DNA of 64,000 nucleotides from IMG/VR virus record IMGVR_UViG_3300031788_000002, positions 32,001 to 96,000 of that record. One strand, given 5' to 3'. A program made the translations under genes and the position numbers. The notes under the pieces were generated by a model. It worked only from the letters and a program-made list of their open reading frames with translations. It did not search any database and was not told the origin of the DNA. This DNA comes from a virus. The first letter of the stretch is position 1. Every line of letters begins with the position of its first letter. Shown in pieces: positions 30,701 to 39,984 of the stretch.

Positions 30701-31984
30701 AACGGCCCGACGATGCAGAATCTGCGCATCGCCATGCAGATATTCTTAGGGCTACCCTTTGCGGAAGAAGCGGGCACCATTCTTGAGATCCGCACGGACT
30801 TCTTTACGCAGCAAAGCCGTATCCTAATTCAAGATACGGCGAATGCAGCTCTTGTTCGTTCCTACGTGTACCCCCGTGTTCTTGGCCTCGAAACCAACTC
30901 GGTGACGAATGCGCTGTACGCGGTTGGGGATACGGTTACGCAATTCGCGCCTCTTGTAACGGGCGCCGAGGTCGTGGATTACGTCAAGGATCCCTCGTGG
31001 TTTCAGGGGATCTTGATGCAGGGGGTCTTCTACGAAGTTCAGAAGTACCACACCTTCTTAATCCAGGTTAATAGCCAGGCGTTCAACCTTGCGTCAGTGG
31101 TGTTCGCGCAACAGTTTATTCAGAGCATCAAACCGAAGTACACGATCCCGCTCTACGTAGTGTCCATGGATGCGGGGGCGTCGGATGGCACCAACGGCGA
31201 TCAGATTGACGTGGAGGATGACGTCACCATGGTGTTGACGCTTTACCTGTACGACACACCAGGAGATCGAGAGGGCGCGAGCATTTACTTCGATGAGCCG
31301 TGGCCTTCGGGTGCGCGCTACAACAACGAGAGCTGGCGCAACTACTACGATCGTGGGGATGACCCGACCGTGGCGCTGCCCGTTTATCCTGGTCCTTCGG
31401 CACCAGTACCCTGGGGTTTTGATAAGGAGTGGGTGTGCCCTGCAGACGAACTTGAGGCAACTCAGTCAGCTGTCTTCCCCGGGGGTACCCTTCCCACGTA
31501 TGACAGCGTGTTCGCGTATGACCAAAATCTAACATCCCAAGAATTCGCGACCGTTCTTCCACCTCCTGCGTACCCCGCAACGGTTCCGCTGTTCATCGCA
31601 CCCTACGGCGGCACGATTCAACGTGCCAGTATTCAGTTGAACGGGCCTACCCAGGGGGGCGCTGCGTTAACGCAAGCTGCATGGGTCGCTACCCTTCTCG
31701 TTAATGGGGTTGCTGTGGCAATCCTACCGTTTACGCTGGGGTATACGCACCCCGTCAACGGCTTCGTTGTAACCCTACCTCAGAACATCGAGCTCACGGT
31801 AGCGCTGACGGCTGCGTTGAATGGTGGGGATGCTGTTGCCTTGTCGATTGCACCGGTGAGTGCGCTCGAACAAGTGCCGGGCTGGACGCAGATTGTGGCC
31901 GCGGTGTTCATTGAGCGCGGCGCGTGGGCATTTGATGTACCCTTGGCGGCGGGAACATATTGTAGTACGGGGGATGTTACATGA
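27701..31984 (+). CDS. large baseplate/tail protein with PKD/K319-like Ig module
   Basis: PTANAGSDQ...LDGSASFDP..LTYEW; GPT..NL.......LGLP; IKPKYT (gpI-like). Confidence 0.7.
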   Translation: MSFGNTPWGSNWGAGEDAVPLENIPTSRQWDIFDLSGVARPDDLERVATFVQVALVGSAEGFFPSSFNVASGGAYPATTAILAIDVAVTASFTVQYDVSFEALPPDFSGLSQDVPCGPHVYLGVWDANGYAAGFFISEEGWAYTGEVTIDSDGNIIPDQPVTQIPGSATWTQVGVEYVIRVVVDASAQLLYLFITPSASASAGQQLQAILVALPTISDIPSAAFVSVLGAPEAVSWVELFNYQLSSQALLLSVPPTANAGSDQTTLFCSIVQLDGSASFDPHGLALTYEWRLVDAPNGSMFLATGGDGQTFEEVPPTGFTDTFYSEDLVAIDALEPLQVGDVLTDNDGSFTIVNINRVNPFSVQVEYQDLPENISGTQFKVLRQNGINGATTVKPTFYPDVLAFFTFDLRVNNGSTSSSPQGTNRSRVLVNVLESALPKGCPIDASFLFDNLLSVWKQVEDRDRISVFWEALARVASTELYTLWQVEYSKSLRDIQRTFIRRWIHYDLLLPEPSPELTAVRFIWGGITSNALPSSGVSGVAGTRVVVGSPFLAAPVAVPLVGLGTVPPTAFAQELQARLREVLGPSVTATVWWTRPSVTSAPIGVLTYPDAVAGLTLTVSVDGVSATATVGTPSDLPSFLADLAAQLPAAVLTLTSAQGLRVGSPTVGSPAGAALSIDLGSTLLVSNGGPLTFASLTSAPAAYVHVTAAIPFVLLGTSTSPGFTYPCVNTLLGGTGGEALSAYAFRVSCSLSDSALLEDDLLVVNRQGYRVVRAVDDPSDDFAFQRLVVKDPLPPTVLGGASWVVPGWVDSTFLNFWAGLVDAGDPVDFELIVPVNGQNVITLVSTVALGANATQVNRLAVDTGLLAAQLSLQPGAFVRLARVLRRHFIPVDSRIVDIPTLSDVIAIVDTDEVLLRNVDYFLEAFRGQSALRFVSGVAPDVGDVFESERPPVRLWAEYTFFDNSDLIEANFGSAIGLTRDMVPATVDYLSAVRGIWYARYNGPTMQNLRIAMQIFLGLPFAEEAGTILEIRTDFFTQQSRILIQDTANAALVRSYVYPRVLGLETNSVTNALYAVGDTVTQFAPLVTGAEVVDYVKDPSWFQGILMQGVFYEVQKYHTFLIQVNSQAFNLASVVFAQQFIQSIKPKYTIPLYVVSMDAGASDGTNGDQIDVEDDVTMVLTLYLYDTPGDREGASIYFDEPWPSGARYNNESWRNYYDRGDDPTVALPVYPGPSAPVPWGFDKEWVCPADELEATQSAVFPGGTLPTYDSVFAYDQNLTSQEFATVLPPPAYPATVPLFIAPYGGTIQRASIQLNGPTQGGAALTQAAWVATLLVNGVAVAILPFTLGYTHPVNGFVVTLPQNIELTVALTAALNGGDAVALSIAPVSALEQVPGWTQIVAAVFIERGAWAFDVPLAAGTYCSTGDVT

Positions 31985-32628
31985 ACGCCGACAATGTTCT
32001 TATAGAACACCGCCGCGCAGGCATCCTCGTTGAAACGCGCAGTGTTCACAATGTTTGGACGTCGGTCGGTAAAGCGTACTTATCCCAATTGGTCGCTTTT
32101 CAAGTCATCGATGACGCTATCGGTGACTTTCCGCAAGAAGACCATCGCATCAAATACTTTGGGGTGGGCATCGGCGGTAACGAAGCCTCTGGGATAGCGT
32201 ACGAAACGGTGTTGGCCACAGCGTACCCACCAGGCGAAGATCCTGTCGGTACGGCAGGCAACGCGTACAACAAGATCAATCCTACGGGACCCTTGATCAC
32301 CACGCTTGAACGCCCTGTGCGCTTCACGGGAAGTACGCAGCCGTATCCTAGTGCGCTCTCTTCCGATGTTTGGCTCTCAAACCCTCTTGTGGCGTACTAC
32401 CGCGATATCAACTCGGTGACGTTTCGCACGACATTGGATGGATCGGCGGGCATCTTAGCGTACAGCCCCTTTACGATCCTTCCCATTTCTGAGGCAGGGC
32501 TCTTCAACTCCGCGGCGTCCCCTAACTTACCGTACAACGCGGCGCTTGCTTACGTTAATTTCAACGCTCTCTTTTTCCAAAGTGACAGCGTGATCACGTT
32601 TTCTTGGACCGTGAGGTTTGCATCGTGA
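31981..32628 (+). CDS. tail-fibre/baseplate-associated protein (paralog A)
   Basis: HNVW..G..YLSQL, YFGVGIGG, LERPVR, ISEAGLF. Confidence 0.65.
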   Translation: MNADNVLIEHRRAGILVETRSVHNVWTSVGKAYLSQLVAFQVIDDAIGDFPQEDHRIKYFGVGIGGNEASGIAYETVLATAYPPGEDPVGTAGNAYNKINPTGPLITTLERPVRFTGSTQPYPSALSSDVWLSNPLVAYYRDINSVTFRTTLDGSAGILAYSPFTILPISEAGLFNSAASPNLPYNAALAYVNFNALFFQSDSVITFSWTVRFAS

Positions 32629-33275
32629 GATTCACGGAAGACATTGAAGTCAAACAGAACTTGCATCTCATCGCGCGGGAACGCGGAAAGATTGTCGCGC
32701 GACGCGATGGGCACAATATCTTCGTGGATCTGGGCCGCGGGTGGCTGTCGCAGCTCATCGCGTATCAGTCCTATGCTCCCGATGTAGCCCAGCGCGATGA
32801 CCGCGTGCGCTACATGGGGTTCGGTATTGGTGGGGTTCGCCAGCTTCAACTAACGACGGCCAACAGCTCGCCCATCGGAGGCCCTGGCGATCCGTACGCA
32901 GCCAGCAGCGCTACAGGCATTGGGGCCAATAATCAAACCGACTTAAACCGTGCGGTTACGGCGCTCGAGCGCCCGGTGCGGGTGTCCGGGGGCTCCACCA
33001 GCTACCCCGGGGTGAGTGGCGATAAATGGCTGGGCGCTATCCAAGCCCCCGCGCAACATGCCAGCGGTGTGAGCACCACGTTTGCTCGGCTCTTTCTTCA
33101 AACGGAAGTCAGCTACTTACCGTTTGCGTCGGTTCCCTTGAGTGAGGTTGGGTTGTTCACGTCTGCTGCCGATTCAGGTTTCTACCTCAATACGCTCATT
33201 GCGTACGATACGTTTGATACGCTGAGCAAGACGACGGCGATCTCGCTCGAGGTCTCGTGGACGTTCAACTTTTAG
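32625..33275 (+). CDS. tail-fibre/baseplate-associated protein (paralog B)
   Basis: GTGA coupling; HNIF..G..WLSQL, YMGFGIGG, LERPVR, LSEVGLF. Confidence 0.65.
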   Translation: MRFTEDIEVKQNLHLIARERGKIVARRDGHNIFVDLGRGWLSQLIAYQSYAPDVAQRDDRVRYMGFGIGGVRQLQLTTANSSPIGGPGDPYAASSATGIGANNQTDLNRAVTALERPVRVSGGSTSYPGVSGDKWLGAIQAPAQHASGVSTTFARLFLQTEVSYLPFASVPLSEVGLFTSAADSGFYLNTLIAYDTFDTLSKTTAISLEVSWTFNF

Positions 33276-33284
33276 GAGTTTGCT

Positions 33285-35303
33285 ATGCCATTTATTCGCT
33301 TCAACGACCCCCTTTATAATCTGCAAGGCGGCGCGTATCCGGGAAGTATCGGTACCCAAAGCTACGCGCGCGCCAACGTAACCAACGGGGGAACAGGGGG
33401 CGGTGACGGGAGTGCAAACGCCGACAGTGCCAAGGTTGGAGGGCCCAACGCGGGTACCTACTTCGTGGCGTTTGGGGAAGACGCTACCAGCACGTTTACA
33501 AACCGCGGGCTGCGAGCGCTAACCCAGAATACGGACGCGATCGACAACATTCTTCGTGGAAGCCTTCCACGCGTTGAGCGGGATACAATTGTTGTTGGTA
33601 CGGCGACCGCAAACATCTCGCTCGGAGGTGATGTATTCGTAGGCCCTAGCGGTACCCTGAACACCCAGGACGCCATCAATCGTTTGGTTTATCTCGAAAA
33701 CAGCGACGGAAGCGTTTTGTGGGTCTCGGGGCAGATACCGCTTTGCTCCCTCATTCACAATGGTGCGGGTGTCAATGTTTTGGGCACCGCGGCCGATGGA
33801 TTCTACACCAACCCCACCCTGCGCTTTCCTGTTCTAATCCCTCCGGGGACGTACACACTTTTTGTTGGACGACGCACCAGTTACGCCAACTTGTTGGAAG
33901 CCCGCGCGGGCGATTGGGTTGCGGAGCACTTGCTGGGACGCGCGTACGACTCGAATCTGTGGAAGCACTTTAGCCATGGTCTCAACGAGAAGTATCGGAA
34001 GTCCACGGCGCGCACCGGCGGTGGTGCGGAGGACAACGACACGCCCGGGAGCGGGTCGACCATCTATCGTGATGGTCCTTCGGTTTCCATCATTGCGGAA
34101 AACCACGCCTGGGAAGCATCGCCGAGCGCCTTTGATGATCCGCTGCGCGCGCAGTTCACGACCGCGCCGTTGGCAGGGTGGTATCTGGGAAGCGCGGGCT
34201 ATACGAACTTCGACTACACGATTTCGGGGAGTACGGGCCATGTGCACATTACGACACGCCGTACGTCGGGTGGGGGCACAGAGCGCGGTCCTTCGATTCG
34301 TGATGTTGCCGCAACGTTGGTGGTCAATCCGGTTGATTTGGCCGCGAATGAAGTAGGTAGTGACCCATACTTTACGTATTTAGCCGTGCGGACGCCGGCA
34401 ACCCTTAACCCCGGCAGTACAGGGTCTAGCTACGTCGCTGTCAATGCACCCTACTACTTCTCCGAGAGCGGAAAGACAGGGATAGCTTTCGGCATTGATA
34501 TTCTTTTGGTTGAGCGCTTGGATGGCGCTGTGCTGACGCGCATGCCGTACCTGGTGTACAGCCTTCCTAATGCAGTCACCGCCGAATTGATGCCTCTTGG
34601 CGGGGATATGAATTCCCCGGTTCCGACGTTCGCCCCCAATACTTCTTGTTATGTGACGTGGCTTCAAGTGGTGGACGTTGTCGGGGGCGCCACGACGAAT
34701 CAGCCGCAGCTTGGGCCGATGCCTCAATCCGGCATGGCCTACGCGCCCTTTATGCATATCTCACCGGCGCGTAATCGAGCGGGTACTCCGGACAGCGGTA
34801 TGCAGGAACTGGCTTCTGGTTTCTACGGGTCTGCGCTGAACAATACCCCCGTCTTTGCTGTTGGTAGCTTTTACTACACGGGAAACCTGTCCCCGCAGTT
34901 CACCGTTTGCTCCAACGGCAACATCGCGAACAGCGGCATCATCACCAGCGCACTACGGGAACGAACAATCGCCGCGACGATGAGCACCACGATGACGTGG
35001 AACATCGATCTCTGGAACGGTCCTTCCAGCGTGCTCTTTGACGCAACAACCGTTGTAGGCATCACGGAGCTAACGATTACCACAGTGGGTGCAACAGCGA
35101 ACTGGGCACTGACTCCAGGCGACTCCTTTACTTTCTACATCAAGAGCAATGGCTCTGCTTTTACGCTGAATACACCAAGCAATTGGGTATTTAGTCGCGG
35201 CGACAACGTTATCGCGGATCTCCTCGGACTCGTCTACATGTTCGTCTGCCGTGTGGCACCAGATGGCATCGTGCGGATCACGCGTACAGACTTCGAAGGG
35301 TAA
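33285..35303 (+). CDS. virion structural protein (tail fibre-like)
   Basis: AGGAG RBS; FGEDATS...NRGLRAL..NTD; Gly/Thr-rich. Confidence 0.6.
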   Translation: MPFIRFNDPLYNLQGGAYPGSIGTQSYARANVTNGGTGGGDGSANADSAKVGGPNAGTYFVAFGEDATSTFTNRGLRALTQNTDAIDNILRGSLPRVERDTIVVGTATANISLGGDVFVGPSGTLNTQDAINRLVYLENSDGSVLWVSGQIPLCSLIHNGAGVNVLGTAADGFYTNPTLRFPVLIPPGTYTLFVGRRTSYANLLEARAGDWVAEHLLGRAYDSNLWKHFSHGLNEKYRKSTARTGGGAEDNDTPGSGSTIYRDGPSVSIIAENHAWEASPSAFDDPLRAQFTTAPLAGWYLGSAGYTNFDYTISGSTGHVHITTRRTSGGGTERGPSIRDVAATLVVNPVDLAANEVGSDPYFTYLAVRTPATLNPGSTGSSYVAVNAPYYFSESGKTGIAFGIDILLVERLDGAVLTRMPYLVYSLPNAVTAELMPLGGDMNSPVPTFAPNTSCYVTWLQVVDVVGGATTNQPQLGPMPQSGMAYAPFMHISPARNRAGTPDSGMQELASGFYGSALNNTPVFAVGSFYYTGNLSPQFTVCSNGNIANSGIITSALRERTIAATMSTTMTWNIDLWNGPSSVLFDATTVVGITELTITTVGATANWALTPGDSFTFYIKSNGSAFTLNTPSNWVFSRGDNVIADLLGLVYMFVCRVAPDGIVRITRTDFEG

Positions 35304-35305
35304 CC

Positions 35306-36763
35306 ATGAGACAAGAGCTAGTTACATCGCGGCGATTCTCCCACGAGCCTTACATCATTGAAGCGACTTCTGTGAAGAGTATTGTAACGTGGAACCCTAG
35401 TACGCAGGGGGGCCACCTTCACGTCGTCTTCAACAGCATGCCCAACGGTCCTGTGTACGTGGCGCTCGACCCTGCGTTCAATCCCGTAGAAGGGGATCTT
35501 CTTCGCATCACGACGACGGCTGAGACGTTGGGGGGAAAGATTGCTTGGTTCGGTAGCGGCAGTACGCTCTTGACCACCTACGACAACTTCAACACGCCCG
35601 TGGAGCTCCAGTACAAGCGTACGAACACCATCGGTTCTTTTCAATGGCTGCGGGTTAACACCGTACCCAATGACCTCGATGCCGCCGCTACCTTAGCGTA
35701 CGCGTTACCCAGGGAATTTAAGCATAACGGGTATATGCCCGGAGGTACCTCAACGCTGACACGCATGAGCTACGCCAAGCGAGTAGCAAGCGGCGGAATA
35801 GCGTTAGGGTCCACGGACGCGAATGGATACGGAACGCTCTTCTACAGTGAAGCGAATAGCCCCCAGTCCCTCAACGTTCTTGAGGATGCGGCTACCTTTT
35901 CGGTGCTACGCGCGGCGTGGTCGGCGGGTACGGAGGGAAGTGATCTCGTAACCCTGGGGGATGCCTCGGAACTTGGCGCACCAGGACCTATCTCAATTAT
36001 TTACAACACGAGCGCGGGTACATCGACGAACGTCACCGTCTCCGGAGGGTTTACCCGACATGTGTGCCCACCGTATCTAGGCCCGTCGGGGATTGTTATT
36101 GTTGCCGGGCGCGCTCTTGGCGGTGAAGTGACCTTTTACAACTCGAGCTCGTACGGGTACGCGTGGGGTAGTCAGGGCACAGTTACTGGCCCTGTTTATT
36201 GCGTGTACGCCGCCAATGGCTTCGTTTATTATGGGGGTGCTGGCGGTGTGTGGCGTGCTCCCTGGGACGTGAACACATGGACGCAGGTACTTACGCTCGG
36301 CGATCCGGGTGCACCGTGCACGGGGCTTGGTCCCGTTCCTGGTAATCCGGCAGGTGTGATGGCTTCGGGTGAAGGACAGGTGCTTGTCTCTCAGAGTTAC
36401 GGCGACGTCAGCACGTGGATTCCTGGCTTTGGGCAGCAGCTCTCAAATATCTTGTGGACGGGCACTGAGCTCATTGGGATCTCCGGTAATGTTTTGTATT
36501 GGAGCCGGGACCCTGAACTGCTGGACTTCAAGCGCGGCGGCGGGGGGCTTTACACGAGCCTTGGGATGCCTAGCGCAATGCCGGGTTATGACGGCTTTGT
36601 CGCCGACGCTTCCTATACATTCGATTTTCAAATGGGTCCCGATGGCGCGTACCTCATTCTTCCGGGGTCGTCTTACATGCTAAGGGACACGAGCCCGCTC
36701 ATTCCCGCGCTTTTACGTTTCTTCCCCTTGCCTTCCCTGTTCTTGTCTAAGATAACGTCATGA
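35306..36763 (+). CDS. beta-propeller-like putative receptor-binding protein
   Basis: Gly/Ser/Trp-rich repeats; tail context. Confidence 0.5.
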   Translation: MRQELVTSRRFSHEPYIIEATSVKSIVTWNPSTQGGHLHVVFNSMPNGPVYVALDPAFNPVEGDLLRITTTAETLGGKIAWFGSGSTLLTTYDNFNTPVELQYKRTNTIGSFQWLRVNTVPNDLDAAATLAYALPREFKHNGYMPGGTSTLTRMSYAKRVASGGIALGSTDANGYGTLFYSEANSPQSLNVLEDAATFSVLRAAWSAGTEGSDLVTLGDASELGAPGPISIIYNTSAGTSTNVTVSGGFTRHVCPPYLGPSGIVIVAGRALGGEVTFYNSSSYGYAWGSQGTVTGPVYCVYAANGFVYYGGAGGVWRAPWDVNTWTQVLTLGDPGAPCTGLGPVPGNPAGVMASGEGQVLVSQSYGDVSTWIPGFGQQLSNILWTGTELIGISGNVLYWSRDPELLDFKRGGGGLYTSLGMPSAMPGYDGFVADASYTFDFQMGPDGAYLILPGSSYMLRDTSPLIPALLRFFPLPSLFLSKITS

Positions 36764-37131
36764 CCGACGTTCACCCTTTTGGTCTCATGCTTTTGGCCGT
36801 GGTCATCTCGTCGGCGGTGGACGCCACGAAGGTGGTCGTTCGTTCTCTCGTACCTTCGTTTACGCCGAAGAAAACGTTGTGCGGGGCAACGAAGACGTTC
36901 ACGGTTATGTACTGCAGCACCCTTGCTCGTTTTTACAATGAGCTTGTGCTGCACGTACTTCCTTACGGGTGGGCGGCGGTGTTGGCCCTGATCCCGGAGC
37001 CGTTCACGTTTGGGCCTATGACGACGTATGCAGGGCGGCTCTTTCTGGCTTTCTTCGCCGCAACGTTTGCGGCGCTGATCTATCGCGCCTCGCGCAAGAT
37101 GCTGACGCAGGTGCTTCTCTCCCGTGTCTAA
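36760..37131 (+). CDS. small membrane protein (holin-like)
   Basis: About three hydrophobic segments and a basic C-terminus. Confidence 0.5.
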   Translation: MTDVHPFGLMLLAVVISSAVDATKVVVRSLVPSFTPKKTLCGATKTFTVMYCSTLARFYNELVLHVLPYGWAAVLALIPEPFTFGPMTTYAGRLFLAFFAATFAALIYRASRKMLTQVLLSRV

Positions 37132-37164
37132 CGGATGCAGCCTACCTTCTGGTAGGCTCGTGCG

Positions 37165-38004
37165 GTGCCTTCGGACAACTCGTTTCTTCGCATAGCGTCC
37201 CCCGAGGGCATGGTGCTCGCTTCGGCGGTTTTGCGCGAAGCACCCCAGCCTTTCTCTGGAAGAGCGCTCGAGCAGCTTTACGTGGAGCCGGCGTATCGCG
37301 GGCAGGGATTTGCGCGGGCATTGATCCAAGAGGCCAAGCTGGCCGCTGAGGGACCCTTGTACATCAAGCCGCGTCCCTTTGGAGATATGCCCGCGAGCAT
37401 CGAGGCGCTGCGCCAATTCTACACAAAGGAGGGCTTCGTTCCGGTGGACAACCGCGATACGCTGGTGTTCGTGCCCTCGTTTCAGAAGAGCGCGGCGAAC
37501 GAGGAGAGCAGCTACCAAGGAAAACCTTCAAGCCCGAACACCGTTAAATTCACGGTCGACTTTCAGGGCTTCAAGGTGCGCGTGGACCGACCCAAGGGCT
37601 TTGTCATGGTGGGCAAAGACGCGAAGGGCACGCCTTGGAAGCGCACCTACCAGTACGACTACGGTTTCTTCCCGAAGACCGAAGGAGGCGACGGGGATGA
37701 GCTCGATGTTTTTCTGGGTCCTAACAAGAACGCGCCGGACGCGTATTGGGCGACGCAGACAAAGCCCGATGGAACCTTTGATGAGTACAAGGTGTTTCTT
37801 GGCTTTGATAGTGTAGCGCAGGCCAAGGCCGCGTACGTAGCGCACATTCCGAAGGATCGGTTGCAAAGCATGGCGACGATGTCCCTTGGGATGATGCAAG
37901 CTTTGCTAGGCTCGCCTCCGAAAGAAGACGTCGAGAAGACGTCTATGTGGAACGCTTTCTACGACGAGCTGATCCAAATCCACGCTGTTAACCCCGTGCG
38001 TTAG
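37165..38004 (+). CDS. GNAT acetyltransferase fused to an inorganic pyrophosphatase-like domain
   Basis: LYVEPAYRGQGFA...FYTKEGF (GNAT); YDYG..PKT.GGDGDELDVF...DEYKVFLGF (InPase). Confidence 0.85.
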   Translation: MPSDNSFLRIASPEGMVLASAVLREAPQPFSGRALEQLYVEPAYRGQGFARALIQEAKLAAEGPLYIKPRPFGDMPASIEALRQFYTKEGFVPVDNRDTLVFVPSFQKSAANEESSYQGKPSSPNTVKFTVDFQGFKVRVDRPKGFVMVGKDAKGTPWKRTYQYDYGFFPKTEGGDGDELDVFLGPNKNAPDAYWATQTKPDGTFDEYKVFLGFDSVAQAKAAYVAHIPKDRLQSMATMSLGMMQALLGSPPKEDVEKTSMWNAFYDELIQIHAVNPVR

Positions 38005-38018
38005 AATAGGAGCCTAGA

Positions 38019-38951
38019 ATGCTGAAGCGTGTCTTTAACCATCATATTGGGCGCTTTGTTACCTTTGGTCGGCGCACGCCGACGATCGTTCAGCCGCATT
38101 ACCGGCTGAGCCGTTACATGACTACGGAGCCGACGCCGCCGGCTTCAGTGTCTTATGCCCCCGCGGCGGGACCGGCCCTCAGCGACGTGTACTGCAACAA
38201 TACGCTCGGTTGTTGCGTCATCGCATCGGGTTACCACATCGAAGGCGTGGCCACGGGCAATGCGGGCAATCTGTTTGTCGCCTCCGACGCTCAGATCGTT
38301 ACCGATTACGCGCACATCGGGGGCTACGTCCCTGGAAACCCCGCGACGGACAACGGTTGCGAGATTCAGACGGCTTTGGCGTACTGGCAGGCGAAGGGGT
38401 TTGCCAATGGAACGAAACTCCTCGGCTACATTTCGGCCAACGCCACCAACAAGCTCGAGCTGATGCTCGGCATGTACCTGTTCGAGAATTGCGACTTTGG
38501 GGTGGCGCTCCCCGACGCGTACATCAACCCCTTTCCGAGCGGCAACGGCTTCGTGTGGGATGTGGCCGGTGCCACCGATCCTCAAAACGGGCATTCCTTC
38601 TGCAGTATCGGCTACGGGCCCAGCGGGGCACTCATCGATACCTGGGGGCTTCAAGGTACGTTCACGTGGAACGCCATTGCGCAGTACGCCATTCTTAACA
38701 GTGGCGGCGAGGTGTGGTTCCTGCTGACGCCCGATATCATCAACAAGGCGATGGCCAAGGCGCCGTGCGGATTCAACCTGAACCAGCTCATCTCGGACTT
38801 CGATGGCCTTGGGGGCAGCGTGGTGGTGCCCCCCGCGCCGACGCCCGTACCCCCGCCGGTTCCCCACCCGAGCATCACCCTGGCCCAGGCGCAGCAGGCA
38901 GCTTCGGCGGGAGCGATGGCAGGGCTGAAGACCATCTGGCCGAGTAGCTAG
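38019..38951 (+). CDS. papain-like (C1-type) cysteine peptidase
   Basis: NNTLGCCVIA catalytic-Cys region; GHSF..IGY; TWG; Pro-rich C-terminal linker. Confidence 0.7.
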   Translation: MLKRVFNHHIGRFVTFGRRTPTIVQPHYRLSRYMTTEPTPPASVSYAPAAGPALSDVYCNNTLGCCVIASGYHIEGVATGNAGNLFVASDAQIVTDYAHIGGYVPGNPATDNGCEIQTALAYWQAKGFANGTKLLGYISANATNKLELMLGMYLFENCDFGVALPDAYINPFPSGNGFVWDVAGATDPQNGHSFCSIGYGPSGALIDTWGLQGTFTWNAIAQYAILNSGGEVWFLLTPDIINKAMAKAPCGFNLNQLISDFDGLGGSVVVPPAPTPVPPPVPHPSITLAQAQQAASAGAMAGLKTIWPSS

Positions 38952-38965
38952 AGAAGAGGGCACGC

Positions 38966-39214
38966 GTGGCCAAGATCACCATCAGTCGTACGCTCAGCGC
39001 GCTGACGGACTCGGTTACGGCGGTTCAGGGGAACTCCAGTACCCCCTGGCTGACGTCGAGTCCGCTCGTGCCCGTGAACTACGACGCGATGGCTCTTGGC
39101 TACGATACCAGTGGCAACATCACGTCGGTGGCTTATTCCCTAGGGGGTACTGTCCTTGCGACATTGACGCTGACGTACACCAATGGGAATTTGACAGCGG
39201 TCGCGAGAACCTGA
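38966..39214 (+). CDS. small virion protein
   Basis: YD....Y...GNITSV.Y......TLTLTYTNGNLT.V pattern. Confidence 0.6.
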   Translation: MAKITISRTLSALTDSVTAVQGNSSTPWLTSSPLVPVNYDAMALGYDTSGNITSVAYSLGGTVLATLTLTYTNGNLTAVART

Positions 39215-39642
39215 TGGCGGCCATCGCCTTCAACCCATTCACGGGGACCTTCGACTTCGTGGGGGGCGTGCCCTCCACGAACGCGGTGCTTTCAAAGGCC
39301 GGGGAGTTTCAAGCAACGGCCGACGTAGCCGCGGGACTGCTTGTGTACGTGACCCCCGCGGGAATCGTAGAGGTAGCGGATAACGTCAGCTTAGCCACAG
39401 CTCCTGCGAGCGCTTGGGTGGTGGCGCTGCCCTCGGCGTTGATCGTAACCCTGGCATACTTCGGCCGTGTGGACGGGTTTTCGGGGTTGACGCCGGGCAC
39501 AACACTGTACCTAGGTCGTGCCGGGCGTGCTGTAACCGCGCCGCTACTAAGTCTGCCTTCGGGTTCGATAGTTCAAGCAATTGGTATGGTACTAACGCCG
39601 AGCTCGGTGTTGTTTCAACCCCAGCCCCTCGTGGAGATGTAG
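39214..39642 (+). CDS. capsid cement/decoration-like protein
   Basis: FNPFTGTFD start; GLTPGTTLYL...G.IVQ.IG module. Confidence 0.55.
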   Translation: MAAIAFNPFTGTFDFVGGVPSTNAVLSKAGEFQATADVAAGLLVYVTPAGIVEVADNVSLATAPASAWVVALPSALIVTLAYFGRVDGFSGLTPGTTLYLGRAGRAVTAPLLSLPSGSIVQAIGMVLTPSSVLFQPQPLVEM

Positions 39643-39984
39643 ATGGCCCCTAAAAAGTATCGCGTAACGGAGCTGGCTCAGCCTTTTGTTCGCGAAGGCA
39701 CCTTCAGCTTTCGCGTGCGCTACGCCCAGAAGAATGCGGATGGAACCATGACCATCTGCGCCCTAGGATCAGCACCGGTCTTCCACGTACCTGTTGGGGG
39801 TGTTGTGCAAACGGAGAATCCTGTTGCACAACAGATGCTTCAGAACATGCACGCCCCCCAAAGCAGTCGGCGCAATGGGCAACGGCATCCCGAGGGTTTA
39901 CTTTTTCTTGATGTCACTGCGGATGCCCCGCCAGTGAACGTTGATATGGACGTGTCGTTCGCTCAGCAAGGATCTGCGCAATGA
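39643..39984 (+). CDS. hypothetical protein
   Basis: GGAG RBS; translationally coupled in the operon. Confidence 0.6.
   Translation: MAPKKYRVTELAQPFVREGTFSFRVRYAQKNADGTMTICALGSAPVFHVPVGGVVQTENPVAQQMLQNMHAPQSSRRNGQRHPEGLLFLDVTADAPPVNVDMDVSFAQQGSAQ

Noticed and set aside
38152-38159. Extra GGCATAAG (minus strand) inside the peptidase gene
   Set aside because: No GAAA at the 15-17 nt spacing; treated as chance.
38019-38951. Papain-like peptidase as the K-x-A maturation protease
   Set aside because: Only adjacency to the GNAT-PPase gene supports it; known head maturation proteases are mostly serine proteases encoded near capsid genes. Left unsupported.
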